Positions 28,344 to 38,322 of a stretch of 64,000 nt of DNA are shown piece after piece. The stretch comes from Acidobacteriota bacterium (GTDB lineage Bacteria > Acidobacteriota > Terriglobia > Terriglobales > Acidobacteriaceae): the NCBI GenBank assembly GCA_003225465.1, contig QIAH01000344.1, positions 144-64,143 on the forward strand. Direction: 5' to 3'. The position numbers and the translations under genes were made by a program. Each line of letters opens with the position of its first letter. Within the stretch, counting starts at the first letter, position 1. Below the pieces are notes generated by a model. The model was given only the letters and a program-made list of their open reading frames with translations, did not search any database and was not told the origin of the DNA.

Positions 28344-28507
28344 TTATTGGATAGCGCTATCTACGCTCGAGAAAACCACATTCGCACTCGATCCAATCAT
28401 TCGGATCGCACCGAGCGCAATGATCAACACAACAGCCAGCATAACGGAATATTCCGCTACGTTTGGCCATCGTCCTCAGACCATAATCGGCTAAGCGAGC
28501 GAGTCAT
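28344..28507 (-). pseudogene. flp: Flp pilin with a 1-nt deletion
   Basis: MTRSLSRLWSEDDGQT stops at TAG. The +1 frame continues VAEYSVMLAVVLIIALGAIRMIGSSANVVFSSVDSAIQ and then stops. The span is 164 nt, not a multiple of 3. Confidence 0.65.
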
Positions 28508-28830
28508 ATTCTACTACCGGAATCTTCACCAGATTGCTGCAGGTGGGCTGCTAGCACAATGGCTCGTTGGTGGCCATTACCATGGTAAGAGTACCGCGGT
28601 GACTGAAGTGAATTTCGGCTCTGCGAGAGCTACTCTTCCATAAAGGAGTATCATTTGGCGGTCTCGCAAGCGCGGAAATCCGAATTGGGGACGACCAGTC
28701 AGTCTACTCGAGGCCTCCCAAACGAGTTCGAACAACAGGTTCAACGATCGGGATCCACGATGCAAACGTGTGCAGATTCAGGTCCCTACGATACTGGTGC
28801 GAGCGTAACTGCAATCGATGCTATGTGCCA

Positions 28831-29985
28831 TCACTCGTGCACAACGAGATCTAAGTTCTGTTTAAGAAGATCCAAGACGGCCTCAACGTCATTAAAGGTG
28901 TTGTACAAGTGAAATGACACCCGTAAACCGTCCATCCGATTGGAAACGACAATGTTACTCGCAGCCATTTTCTGCACCATAGCTTCAGCATCCTTCATTT
29001 GCAGCACGACTAGTGGCCCAACGCTATCGAGCGGAGTCTTGATCTTAATTTCAAGGCTGCGAGCACCATCAATGAGAGCGCATGACAGGGTTTGTATGTG
29101 TTCCGCGACTGCGGCATAACCAACACCTTCTAGCAAACTGAGCGCGGCCGGAATGCAGTAGACGTTCGGCAGTGGTGGTGAGCCGGCTTCAAAGCGGCGC
29201 GCTGTCGATGCGGGCTCAAAATGCTTGACATCAAACGCAAAAGGATTCTGCTGGGCAAACCAGCCGGTGACCGTCGGCGTGAGTGACCGAATCAGATCGC
29301 GACGAACGTACAGGAACGCGATCCCGGAAGGACAGAGCAGGTATTTGAGCGCGCCCGTGACGTAGAAGTCCACGCCAAGAGCCTTGACATCGATCGCTCG
29401 GGTCCCGCAATCCTGGTAGCCATCGAGCATGACCAGCGCACCCTGTTCGTGAGCTTCCTTCACGATGGAAGCTACGTCGGAGCGAAATCCGTTCATGAAA
29501 CAAACCTGCGTGACCGGGACGATAAGTGTTTGCTCGTCGATCGCGCGTGCATAGCACTCTGCACAGATCCTGCCGTTTTTTGCTTCAAGAAACTTGACTT
29601 CGGCGCCCCGCGGCCGCTGTGCAAGCCAGATTTGCCCCATGGTGGGGAACTCGAATTCCCCCATGACTATCTTTCGACGTTTCCCGAAGTGGAGGGCGCT
29701 TGCGACGGAATTTATCCCGGCCGAAGCGCTCGGCACGACAGCAACTTCGTCCTGCTCTGCGCCGATGAAACGTGCAAATGCGGTGCGTGCGTTTTCGTAC
29801 TCTTCCACCCACCGATCCCAGGGCGAACCCTGTTCATGCCAGGAACGAATATGGGCCAGCAACGAAGCTTCGACGGCTTCGCTGAGCGCTCCTTGCGAAC
29901 AGGAGTTGAGAAAGATCTTGCGCTTGAAGATGGGAAATTGCGCGCGAATGGTTTCAATCGCAGTGGACAAATTGGTCAACCTCAC
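28831..29985 (-). CDS. Aminotransferase class V-fold PLP-dependent enzyme
   Basis: 384-aa ORF. The pattern FLNSCSQGAL...VPVTQVCFMNG...DFYVTGALKYL (PLP lysine context) is typical of the class V / cysteine desulfurase-like fold. Confidence 0.85.
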   Translation of the reverse strand: MRLTNLSTAIETIRAQFPIFKRKIFLNSCSQGALSEAVEASLLAHIRSWHEQGSPWDRWVEEYENARTAFARFIGAEQDEVAVVPSASAGINSVASALHFGKRRKIVMGEFEFPTMGQIWLAQRPRGAEVKFLEAKNGRICAECYARAIDEQTLIVPVTQVCFMNGFRSDVASIVKEAHEQGALVMLDGYQDCGTRAIDVKALGVDFYVTGALKYLLCPSGIAFLYVRRDLIRSLTPTVTGWFAQQNPFAFDVKHFEPASTARRFEAGSPPLPNVYCIPAALSLLEGVGYAAVAEHIQTLSCALIDGARSLEIKIKTPLDSVGPLVVLQMKDAEAMVQKMAASNIVVSNRMDGLRVSFHLYNTFNDVEAVLDLLKQNLDLVVHE

Positions 29986-30031
29986 AGAAGCTTTCTAGAA
30001 CTCAGGTTTCGGTTAAAGTATAAATACAGCG

Positions 30032-30478
30032 ATGACCCACCTCGACCGCCGGTCCAAGAACAAACGGAAATCGAAAGCGAACGCCGCGCGAATTATCGTC
30101 AATTCAGTGATCCGTCTCGAGAAGCGTGTCTGGAAAGTCGCGCAGCTCCGAGACGTGGACGCGTTCGCTGAACTGGTCCCCTCCGACGCGGTGATGATCT
30201 TCCAGTCTGGAATCCTGTCCCAGCCGGAGTATCTGGCCACAATGGACCAACGCACGATTTCAAGTTACGAACTTCGCAATATTCGCGGCTATATGCCGAA
30301 TGCAAAAACCGTAATCCTGCATTACGAAGCTCTGCGGCTTGGCCAAGAGGCCGGGAAAATCTTTCCGGAAGGCACCGTCATCGAAAGCACAACCTGGATC
30401 AAACGTGGTCGCCGATGGGTTGCCGTCTTAAATCAGGAAACGCCAATCCATTCTCCACGGATTTCGCAAACCTCTTAG
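30032..30478 (+). CDS. NTF2-like (SnoaL/DUF4440-type) small protein
   Basis: 148-aa ORF. LEKRVWKVAQLRDVDAFAELVPSDAVMI...TTWIKRGRRWVAVLNQET resembles the DUF4440 fold pattern. Confidence 0.6.
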   Translation: MTHLDRRSKNKRKSKANAARIIVNSVIRLEKRVWKVAQLRDVDAFAELVPSDAVMIFQSGILSQPEYLATMDQRTISSYELRNIRGYMPNAKTVILHYEALRLGQEAGKIFPEGTVIESTTWIKRGRRWVAVLNQETPIHSPRISQTS

Positions 30479-30528
30479 CGCCTCCGGCTCTCCGAATAAA
30501 GAATTTCTGACCCAGCACCATCTTTCCT

Positions 30529-32436
30529 TCAACGTGTTGTCAACGGCTTGAATATTTCATCAAGGTAGTCAGGGGACCCATCTACCCTCTCCAGGTGCGG
30601 GAATTGGCTACCCTTGTGATATTGGAACTTGTGAAGCGCCAGCTTTCCCGAATTGCTCGTAGTAATTTCAATCGGTGCAGAATTCGTTTCTGAATCGTGA
30701 ATCGCGCGCTTCAGTTCATCTAAGGAAAACTCGCGGCCGTTGACGCCAACAATTTTGAAGTAAGGACTAATGCCAGCTTCGAATGCAGGCAGACCGGGAA
30801 TCGAGTCGACCACAGAGCCGTCGTGCTTTACGCGCAATCCGAGCGATGAAGTAAAGTTTCCGGTGCCTGAGACAGCATCGTCTGCCAAGATCATTTCATT
30901 GGGTTCGTTGTTATAGACGAGCTGCCAGCCGCTTCCCAAAAGGCCGCCCAAAGGAGCCCCGGCCGTGGCGTCCAAGCGCGAGCGAAAGAAGGCCTCCCAG
31001 TCATTCGGGGCGATTCCGTTCAAGGTTGAAACTACGTCTGTGAAGGTATAAGTCTTGATCACGGGTTCGCCCTCATGTCCGGCGTAAAACACATGGCAGA
31101 AATCGTCCATCGATTTACTGTCGCTCGTGAGCTTGCGAATGGTGGCATCCACCTCGAGCCAGATGAGAACCGCTTCCGGATAGAAGTCAGTTCCTCGACG
31201 ATAGGAGGCCCACTCTGGAACGCTGAAATACAGGATTTGTGCTGCCGTGGCTGTGTTTTGCAGAGAGCGCCACTTCCGCCCGGCCCTATGCTCCATTTCC
31301 GAAGCGACGGCCGCAATTCGATCCTGTGACTGGGCCAGAGTGAGCAAGCCGCTTCGAGCGCTTAAAACCGTTCCCAGATATTCTGTCAAACCCTCGTACG
31401 CCCACAAGAGCTCGCCCTTCATGGGCTGCTGAAAGTCGGGTGTGGCCAATCCTTCAGGCCTGCGGTACTGCCCGTTCCATGAATGCGAGAACTCATGAGG
31501 AAAAAGCCCGGCCACGTGCAGCCGGGCATTCGGATCGACTAGCGTCTGTTGCTTGACTCGATCATCGCTGCTCTCGTGATGCTCCTGTCCGAGTTCCATC
31601 ACGTTGTCGCTTAGAGTCAGCAAAAAATGATATTCCCGAAAATGGTGAGACTTATAAAGCGCCTGCGCTTCCGCGACCAGCCGTTTGTAGCCGTCGATCA
31701 GATCCTGAGGGACATCCAGCGCCCAAGCATCATCCGAAAGCACGTCGAGTTCCTGCGGCGGCATCGGACTCAGGGGGAACACTCGCATGAACTGGCCCGA
31801 CTGCACGGGGGAATCGACTAGCAGGTCAAGAGCTACTGGCGAGAAGGACACGGTGTTAGCGGAGCGCTTACTGATCGGCAGGGAAGTGCTGAATTTCCAA
31901 TCGTTGGGCAGCGTCAGGGTTGGCACGAAGGTGAGTTCGCTGGCTGGCCATCCCTTCGGATAAAGAAGGACCTGGTTCCACATCAGGATGAAAAGATTCG
32001 CTGCCCCTGAAGCACTGAAATCGATAGTCGGGCCTGGGGCCGAGATCAAGAAGTCCAACGAAGCTTCCACCGAAGAGATCCCTTCCGGAATGACGAGATG
32101 AAATGCGTACATATCCGCGTCGTCTTGTTGCCACGGGAGTTGGCGCTCGCCGGAAAAGAACCTGAGCCCGGCAAGGTTCCACACAGGTCCATCGGGGGAG
32201 TGGTCTGCCGGCATCCACTTCGGGTAATAAAGAGTAAGAGGTCCAGGATGGACTGGCAATACCAGCTTGGCGTGCAAGATCCGCTGCGATACCTGGGTGG
32301 CATCGACCGAAATGCTGATCGGTGGCGGCGGAGCGGCAGACGCTGTGGCCACGCCATTTAGCAGGGTCACGCCGACGAGGATCAAAAGAACAAGCACGCC
32401 TGCGCAGATCCTGCTTGCTGAATCAGAGTTTTGCAT
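30529..32436 (-). CDS. M61 family glycyl aminopeptidase with a C-terminal PDZ domain, secreted
   Basis: 635-aa ORF with a signal peptide, the FPHEFSHSWNGQYRRP zinc motif and a PDZ-like tail. A 9-nt gap separates it from the upstream TonB-dependent receptor. Confidence 0.9.
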   Translation of the reverse strand: MQNSDSASRICAGVLVLLILVGVTLLNGVATASAAPPPPISISVDATQVSQRILHAKLVLPVHPGPLTLYYPKWMPADHSPDGPVWNLAGLRFFSGERQLPWQQDDADMYAFHLVIPEGISSVEASLDFLISAPGPTIDFSASGAANLFILMWNQVLLYPKGWPASELTFVPTLTLPNDWKFSTSLPISKRSANTVSFSPVALDLLVDSPVQSGQFMRVFPLSPMPPQELDVLSDDAWALDVPQDLIDGYKRLVAEAQALYKSHHFREYHFLLTLSDNVMELGQEHHESSDDRVKQQTLVDPNARLHVAGLFPHEFSHSWNGQYRRPEGLATPDFQQPMKGELLWAYEGLTEYLGTVLSARSGLLTLAQSQDRIAAVASEMEHRAGRKWRSLQNTATAAQILYFSVPEWASYRRGTDFYPEAVLIWLEVDATIRKLTSDSKSMDDFCHVFYAGHEGEPVIKTYTFTDVVSTLNGIAPNDWEAFFRSRLDATAGAPLGGLLGSGWQLVYNNEPNEMILADDAVSGTGNFTSSLGLRVKHDGSVVDSIPGLPAFEAGISPYFKIVGVNGREFSLDELKRAIHDSETNSAPIEITTSNSGKLALHKFQYHKGSQFPHLERVDGSPDYLDEIFKPLTTR

Positions 32437-32445
32437 CTGTGATCT

Positions 32446-35400
32446 TTACCAGGTGATCTTTCCCTGAAACTGGATGTTGCGCGGCCCTCCCACGCCGAAA
32501 TGCGAATCGAAGCTGCCGTCGTCAGCGGAGGCGGTAATGAGCGTGCCGTTTGCGGGTCCGGGTGCCGGCTCGGCAAAGTTCGGGTGATTGAAGGCATTGA
32601 AGAAGCTGGCTCGGAATTCAAATCCGAATCGCTCCCCCAGCTTGAATGCTCTTTGCAGGGAGATGTCCCAGGCTTTAAGCCCCGGTGCAACCAGCGGGTC
32701 GCGCGGACAGTTCCCGAAGGTCCCGTTCGCAGGCTCGGCAAACGAGCTCGGGGAAGCGTAGGGCTGCGTAAAATCATTTAACTGGTAATGAATCGGGCCA
32801 ACACAATCGGGGCGTGTGTGGAAATTGCCGACTCCGCTCTCGTCGCCAAAAGTCAGGAGAGGAGCAGCAAAACCATCTCGAAACGTGGTAGTTCCGGAGA
32901 GTTGCCAATCCCGCGCCAGGTACGACAGGGCATTGCCGTTCTTGGGAAATGGAATCGCATAGACATAGGTAAATATGAACGCTCGGCGTTGATCGAACTC
33001 TGAGTTTCCGTAACTTCCCTTCAAGTTTCTGGAGTCCTGGGGGACATACCCGCTGGTCCCGAAGAAATCTTCTACCTCCGAGGCGGTATCCAGGTTGTGA
33101 GACCAGGTGAACGAAAACTGGGTCGTAAGGCCGTGGAAGTTATTCGTCTTCAACAAAGCTTGGAGCGCGTGGTAAGTAGCGAATCCCGGCGATGAGATGG
33201 TGTTTATTTGCGCAAGCGTGGGGAACTTCGAGTTGTAGGGCCGTGCCGCCTGCTCACAGACTGGATCGCCAAAGCCGGATGAGAAAGTGCAGCCCGGTCC
33301 GAAGCCAGCGCCGAGCTGCGGTTGATTGATGTCGAGCAACTGTAATTGGTGGATGCTATGATTTCCGACATAGCCAATCTGAAAGACAACTTTGTCCGCG
33401 AGTTCCTGCTGAATGTTGAAATTCCATTCCTGCACATTTGGCGTTTTCAGATTGTGCTGAATACTCGCGATGTTGAACGGTGGTTGCGGAGCGCCCGTCC
33501 CGAAGATGGGCACGCCAACGCCGAACGGAATGGGAGCACTGGGTACAATCGTGAAGCCGGCGGTTGGGCCGGTTGGATTCTGAGCGAGACCTTCCTGAAA
33601 ATTATTGAGCGGAATCGTATCGTAATAGATTCCAAAGCCGGCCCGAACCACCGTCTGTTTGCCCGAAAGAACCTGGAAGGGAGGTTCCCATGCGAGGGAA
33701 AACCGTGGGCCAAAATTGCCTTTGGGCGCGTCATAGAGATGCCCGCCCGGTAATTGAGAAGCCTCGACCAAGCCCAAGGCAGGATCGAAGGCAGAGAACC
33801 GGTGGCGCGATTCATTGACCGTGGTGAAGAAGTCGTAGCGAAGCCCTGCAACCAGCGTGAGCCGGGGCGTCAGTTTCAAGGTATCCACTGCGTAGCCGCT
33901 AATAACGTCCTGGACGATATTCGCGCGGGGACTGCCGACGCGAGTGATCTGCGTGAGACCAGAACCCGGCGTTGGGAGGCCTGCGATCAAATCAACCAGG
34001 GATGCGAGGCCGCCAGTTTGATCCAGGGGTTGTCCGAGTTGTGATCCGGTGAATGAAAAGATTCCGCGCCCGCCAGCCAGGGTATAGTTCGAGTAGTTGT
34101 GGAGGAAATTGAACCCGAATCTCCATGCGTGGCGCCCGTGGGTCCAGTTCACCTCATCGGCAATCTGATAACTGGTCGCAACACGGCCGCCCGCGCCGTA
34201 CTGCAGCCCTAAATTCGCAAACCCATAAATGTCGACTTCGGGCATCCCGTAGCTCACCGGGGTAACGCCGGTATTAAAACCGATCTTGGCCGGATTTACA
34301 TCCGCATCGCGTCCTTTTTGAAACTGGCTGAAGCGGTTCCAGCCTAGCCGCAACGTATGAATCAACCTTGGGTTAAAGATATGAATCTCGCTTATCGCGA
34401 AATTGTCCGCAACGGTTGGAGTTACACCAAACCAAGGGCCTAGCTGCGACCCTCCGCCGGGCCCGGGTCCTCCACCAGGAAACTCGTCCTCGCCGTTGCC
34501 GTGAAGATAGCGGGCTGAAAGAGAGTCCACAGTGGAAAAACTGTGGTCGATTTTCAACACACCGCTGTTCGGTGTCTGCCGGCCACGATTGTCAACAGCG
34601 AAGGGACCCGATAGCCCAAGGCTCGCGTACTGTTGCAGGATATTGAGTCCCAGTTGGTTGGGGGTTATGTTCTGACTCTGTACCAGGCTCGTCGCGGCCG
34701 CGATCTGGGACGGTATCGGGGCGAACCCGCTCAGTGTGGTCCCGAGCCTGAGACGGCTGCCATCGTAGCCGGCAAAAAAGAAAGTCCGGTCTCGGCCGTT
34801 GTAAATATGAGGTATGACGATGGGGCCGCCGATGGTTCCACCAAACTCATTCCAGACAAAGGGGGCCTTGGGCACGCTGCGAAGGTTCTCGAAGAAATTG
34901 GCCGCATCCAGCGAGGAATCACGATGCAATTCGTACAGGGATCCGTGAATCTGGTTAGTCCCGCTGCGCACAATTACATTCATTACGCTTCCGGAGTTCT
35001 GCCCACCGTCCGCACCCGCATTTGCGCTGACTGTGACCTCCTGAATCGCGTCTAGCGGAAGACGTGTAGCAGCGGTCGCCGAATTTCCGCCTTCGTTAAT
35101 GGAGGGGAGATACGTTGAAGGGTCTGTGTCGGACACGCCGTCGATGTTGAAGCCATTGGAACGGGCCCTGGATCCATTAATCGTGTACTGCGCGAATGCG
35201 AAGTTGCTGTTCTGGGTCACTCCAGGCAAAACAAGAGCCAGCCGGGTGTAGTCGCTGTTCCCGACGGGAAGGGCTTCAACTTGCACCTGATTGAGTTGTC
35301 CACCGACCTCGTTGGTCTCGGTCTGGATCAGCGCCGACGAGGAACTCACCTCAACCTGTGAAGTGACAGTTCCGATAGCCAGGACCGGATCGACATTGTT

Positions 35401-35712
35401 CACCTGACCCTGTGCGGTCACGATGTCATTGATGATAGTGGTGCGAAAGCCTTCCTTTGTGACCGTCAATTGGAAGGACCCGAGTGGCAACTGCGGAAAG
35501 TTGAATTCGCCATTTCCGTCACTGGCGATCGTTCTTTCCTGTCCGGTGGCTGGATTGGCAAGCTTGACCGTTGCGCCGGCAACGGCTGCACCCTGTGCGT
35601 CACGCACCACTCCGGTGATCCGGCCCGGAAACAGCTGAGCCAATGCGGAGGAACCGCTGAAGAGCAACAGGAACAGAACGGAAGCAATGCGAATCGCGGC
35701 AAGATTCTTCAC
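32446..35712 (-). CDS. TonB-dependent receptor with an N-terminal carboxypeptidase-regulatory-like domain
   Basis: GTG at 35712 gives VKNLAAIRIASVLFLLLFSGSSALAQ...GRITGVVRDAQGAAVAGATVKL. It ends in a terminal aromatic residue (...GKITW). Confidence 0.9.
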   Translation of the reverse strand: MKNLAAIRIASVLFLLLFSGSSALAQLFPGRITGVVRDAQGAAVAGATVKLANPATGQERTIASDGNGEFNFPQLPLGSFQLTVTKEGFRTTIINDIVTAQGQVNNVDPVLAIGTVTSQVEVSSSSALIQTETNEVGGQLNQVQVEALPVGNSDYTRLALVLPGVTQNSNFAFAQYTINGSRARSNGFNIDGVSDTDPSTYLPSINEGGNSATAATRLPLDAIQEVTVSANAGADGGQNSGSVMNVIVRSGTNQIHGSLYELHRDSSLDAANFFENLRSVPKAPFVWNEFGGTIGGPIVIPHIYNGRDRTFFFAGYDGSRLRLGTTLSGFAPIPSQIAAATSLVQSQNITPNQLGLNILQQYASLGLSGPFAVDNRGRQTPNSGVLKIDHSFSTVDSLSARYLHGNGEDEFPGGGPGPGGGSQLGPWFGVTPTVADNFAISEIHIFNPRLIHTLRLGWNRFSQFQKGRDADVNPAKIGFNTGVTPVSYGMPEVDIYGFANLGLQYGAGGRVATSYQIADEVNWTHGRHAWRFGFNFLHNYSNYTLAGGRGIFSFTGSQLGQPLDQTGGLASLVDLIAGLPTPGSGLTQITRVGSPRANIVQDVISGYAVDTLKLTPRLTLVAGLRYDFFTTVNESRHRFSAFDPALGLVEASQLPGGHLYDAPKGNFGPRFSLAWEPPFQVLSGKQTVVRAGFGIYYDTIPLNNFQEGLAQNPTGPTAGFTIVPSAPIPFGVGVPIFGTGAPQPPFNIASIQHNLKTPNVQEWNFNIQQELADKVVFQIGYVGNHSIHQLQLLDINQPQLGAGFGPGCTFSSGFGDPVCEQAARPYNSKFPTLAQINTISSPGFATYHALQALLKTNNFHGLTTQFSFTWSHNLDTASEVEDFFGTSGYVPQDSRNLKGSYGNSEFDQRRAFIFTYVYAIPFPKNGNALSYLARDWQLSGTTTFRDGFAAPLLTFGDESGVGNFHTRPDCVGPIHYQLNDFTQPYASPSSFAEPANGTFGNCPRDPLVAPGLKAWDISLQRAFKLGERFGFEFRASFFNAFNHPNFAEPAPGPANGTLITASADDGSFDSHFGVGGPRNIQFQGKITW

Positions 35713-35890
35713 GGCAATGTTCCCCCAATTGTGGGCGAATGCTACTCCGTAGACAAATCGTATGTCAATGGTATTCAAATAGCATGTCAGATGATACGTG
35801 CGCATCCGGACATTGGGCTTTGGAACCCAAGTTCCGCTCTCCGGAACGCCCCGCGCAGTTTTTGGTCAAGACCGCAAACAACCGGGGCTG

Positions 35891-37321
35891 CTACGTAGTT
35901 TCTTGAGGGGGAATATTTTGATTCAGGCAGAAGAAGTTTCGAGGGTCATACTTTGCTTTTATGGCTCGCAAGCGCTCCCATCGGTTTCGATATGCCTCTG
36001 GAACACGGTCGCCTTCATCGCCACTCATGAAGTTCACATAGACCCCGGGGACCATGGCGGGTCGCAACTGGTTGAAGAGATCCCTCGTCCAGGCTAGGTT
36101 GGCCGCATCGTCATTTGCTGCTTCCCAGTTGCTCAAGATATTGACGACGAACGGCGCACTTCGATCGCCAAAGGCAGTCTCATCCGCTGCCACGCGGCCC
36201 GGGGCTGCACCAAGATACGCCAGTTCGATTTCACTGAACTTCGAAGGCATGGTGGCCAGAGATTCGATCATCTTGTGAATCACACCGTCCCTCAAAGTCT
36301 GAAAATAACCGGACTTGGTGTAATAGCGTCGGCCGTGCGGAAAGTCGGAATCTGCAAGCGTCTGCAGCGTCATGAATGACATCTCTTGGATGCTAACGTC
36401 CCTATGCTTTGTGGCGGCAAGAGCGTGCTCGACGTACTTCATGCCGTGCGTGCGATCTCCAACCCACAGGGCTGAAGTGCTGGCTACCGGCAAGCCCTTC
36501 GCATCCTGCAAGCCCTTCGCATCCTGCAAGCCCTTTACACCATCTCCGTTGCGCAAAGAAAAGCCCCACCTGAGATTGTCCGGGGCATCGGGCATGAACG
36601 CTCGCCAGTACTGCAGAAGAGGCACGATCGAATCGCGAACGCACAATCCACGCCCAAGAATGACGCTACTGACTGGGTAGAGCCGCACTTCAAATTCGGT
36701 CACGACGCCGAAATTTCCTCCGCCACCACGAAGTGCCCAGAAGAGGTCGGGATTTTCCTTCGAATCTGCACGCAGAACCGAGCCGTCGGCGGTGATCAGG
36801 GTAAACCCCTCGACATTGTCGCAGGATAATCCATACAGCCTGCTCAGCCAGCCGGTTCCTCCCCCCAGAACTAACCCGCCAGCGCCGGTATGAGAAACAA
36901 CGCCGGCCGGAAATGCTAAGCCTGCGGTTTGAGTTGCCGAGTCAATCGTGCCCAACAGGCATCCGCCTCCGAAGCGCGCTTTTCGCGCACTTCCATCAAC
37001 TCGGACACTACGCAGTGCGGAGAGATCGATGACCAGCCCATCATCACAGGTGCTAAAGCCGGCCAGACTGTGCCCACCGCAACGCACTGCAGTGATGACG
37101 CGGGATCCTCGGGCAGCTCGCAGGCAGGTTTGAATATCGGTGACGTCCTTGCACCGAGCCAGTAGGGCCGGCCTGCGATCAAACATTCCGTTCCACACCG
37201 GTGCCGCTCTGCCGTAGTCGAGATCGCCGGGGCGAAGGAGGGCTCCCTGAAGATCGGCGCGAATTTCGCTGTAGACGTCTTCGATGTTCTTGTTCATCAG
37301 CTGTTCGCGCGGGAATCTCAA
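35891..37321 (-). CDS. FAD-binding oxidoreductase (FAD_binding_4 + BBE domain)
   Basis: Motifs GGHSLAGFS, GAGGLVLGGGTGWLSRLYGLSCDN, LFWALRGGGGNFGVVTEF and C-terminal YVNFM...LRAIKAKYDPRNFF. The start is TTG 37321 or ATG 37297. Confidence 0.9.
   Translation of the reverse strand: MRFPREQLMNKNIEDVYSEIRADLQGALLRPGDLDYGRAAPVWNGMFDRRPALLARCKDVTDIQTCLRAARGSRVITAVRCGGHSLAGFSTCDDGLVIDLSALRSVRVDGSARKARFGGGCLLGTIDSATQTAGLAFPAGVVSHTGAGGLVLGGGTGWLSRLYGLSCDNVEGFTLITADGSVLRADSKENPDLFWALRGGGGNFGVVTEFEVRLYPVSSVILGRGLCVRDSIVPLLQYWRAFMPDAPDNLRWGFSLRNGDGVKGLQDAKGLQDAKGLPVASTSALWVGDRTHGMKYVEHALAATKHRDVSIQEMSFMTLQTLADSDFPHGRRYYTKSGYFQTLRDGVIHKMIESLATMPSKFSEIELAYLGAAPGRVAADETAFGDRSAPFVVNILSNWEAANDDAANLAWTRDLFNQLRPAMVPGVYVNFMSGDEGDRVPEAYRNRWERLRAIKAKYDPRNFFCLNQNIPPQETT
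36491..36535. repeat. 18-bp in-frame tandem duplication (2.5 copies, GLQDAK) inside the FAD oxidase gene
   Basis: CAAGCCCTTCGCATCCTG at 36491-36508 is repeated at 36509-36526, with a partial copy at 36527-36535. Confidence 0.9.
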
Positions 37322-37375
37322 GTTGCCGTTGCTGCGAGCGCGGATGAAATTGCTCCCCGGTCGCGGGCTTCCCGT

Positions 37376-38194
37376 TTAGCGGGTTGAGGGTCGGACTGGC
37401 AGAATCGAAGCCACGCCCAAAACTTTGTCCTTGGATTGCATGATGTGATCATGCATCAATTGGCGAGCACGTTCCGTATCTCTTTCGCGAATTGCCGCCA
37501 AGATCGCGAGATGTTCGCGGCCAGGGAGCTCGCCAAAGTAGTTTATGTCGACGGCAGCCAACATGATGCGCTCCATCTGACTTCGGGCTTCGCTCACTGC
37601 CCTTACCAGCATCTGATTCCGTGCCAATCGCGCAATTCCGACGTGAAATGCTGTGTCCGCCTCGATGAACCGTGCGCAACTTCCTCGGTTATCCGGGTTA
37701 CAGCGGGTCTTGGCTAAATCCGTCAACTCCTTCAAGGCCTCTGTAGTCGCCGCTCCCTTCGCGGCGGCAAGCTCGGCAGCTGCGCATTCCACTGCGACTC
37801 TGAATTCGTAGATATCGTTCAGAATCGACAGGGTGATCTGCGCGACGAAATAACCGCGATTTGGGACGATCCGCAGTAACCTGTCATTCTGTAGCCGGAC
37901 TGCGGCTTCGCGGACAGGCGTTCGACTGGCTCTGTAACGATGGGCGAGTTCTTTTTCACTTAATGCCTCACCCGGTTGGAAAAAGCCGTGGACAATATCG
38001 CGCTTGAAAGCGGAATAAACTCGCTCACTCAGAGTGGCGGGAGCCGGAGCGATCAAGCGCGGCTGAGCCAAGGAAGAACGGGTACGAGACAGGGTGCTAT
38101 ATGCTTTGCCTTGTGTGACTCTTTTTGCCAAGGTTCCTCCACTGGTAAGGGAACAAGCCTCCAGATTGTTTCCGAGAGCCGTCGACCATGTCAA
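37376..38194 (-). CDS. GntR-family transcriptional regulator (FadR/FCD subfamily)
   Basis: LSERVYSAFKRDIVHGFFQPGEALSEKELAHRYRASRTPVREAAVRLQNDRLL plus a helical C-terminal FCD-like domain. The true start may be internal. Confidence 0.85.
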   Translation of the reverse strand: MTWSTALGNNLEACSLTSGGTLAKRVTQGKAYSTLSRTRSSLAQPRLIAPAPATLSERVYSAFKRDIVHGFFQPGEALSEKELAHRYRASRTPVREAAVRLQNDRLLRIVPNRGYFVAQITLSILNDIYEFRVAVECAAAELAAAKGAATTEALKELTDLAKTRCNPDNRGSCARFIEADTAFHVGIARLARNQMLVRAVSEARSQMERIMLAAVDINYFGELPGREHLAILAAIRERDTERARQLMHDHIMQSKDKVLGVASILPVRPSTR

Positions 38195-38322
38195 TAAATA
38201 CGAGAGCCGGCTACTAATGGGTAAAGGTCAAGCATATATAGCCTCTCGCCCGTATTCGTATACATCGTGTATTCCTATGATATGCTTTGCCTCGCACCAA
38301 GATATCTTAACGTTGAAGAATT

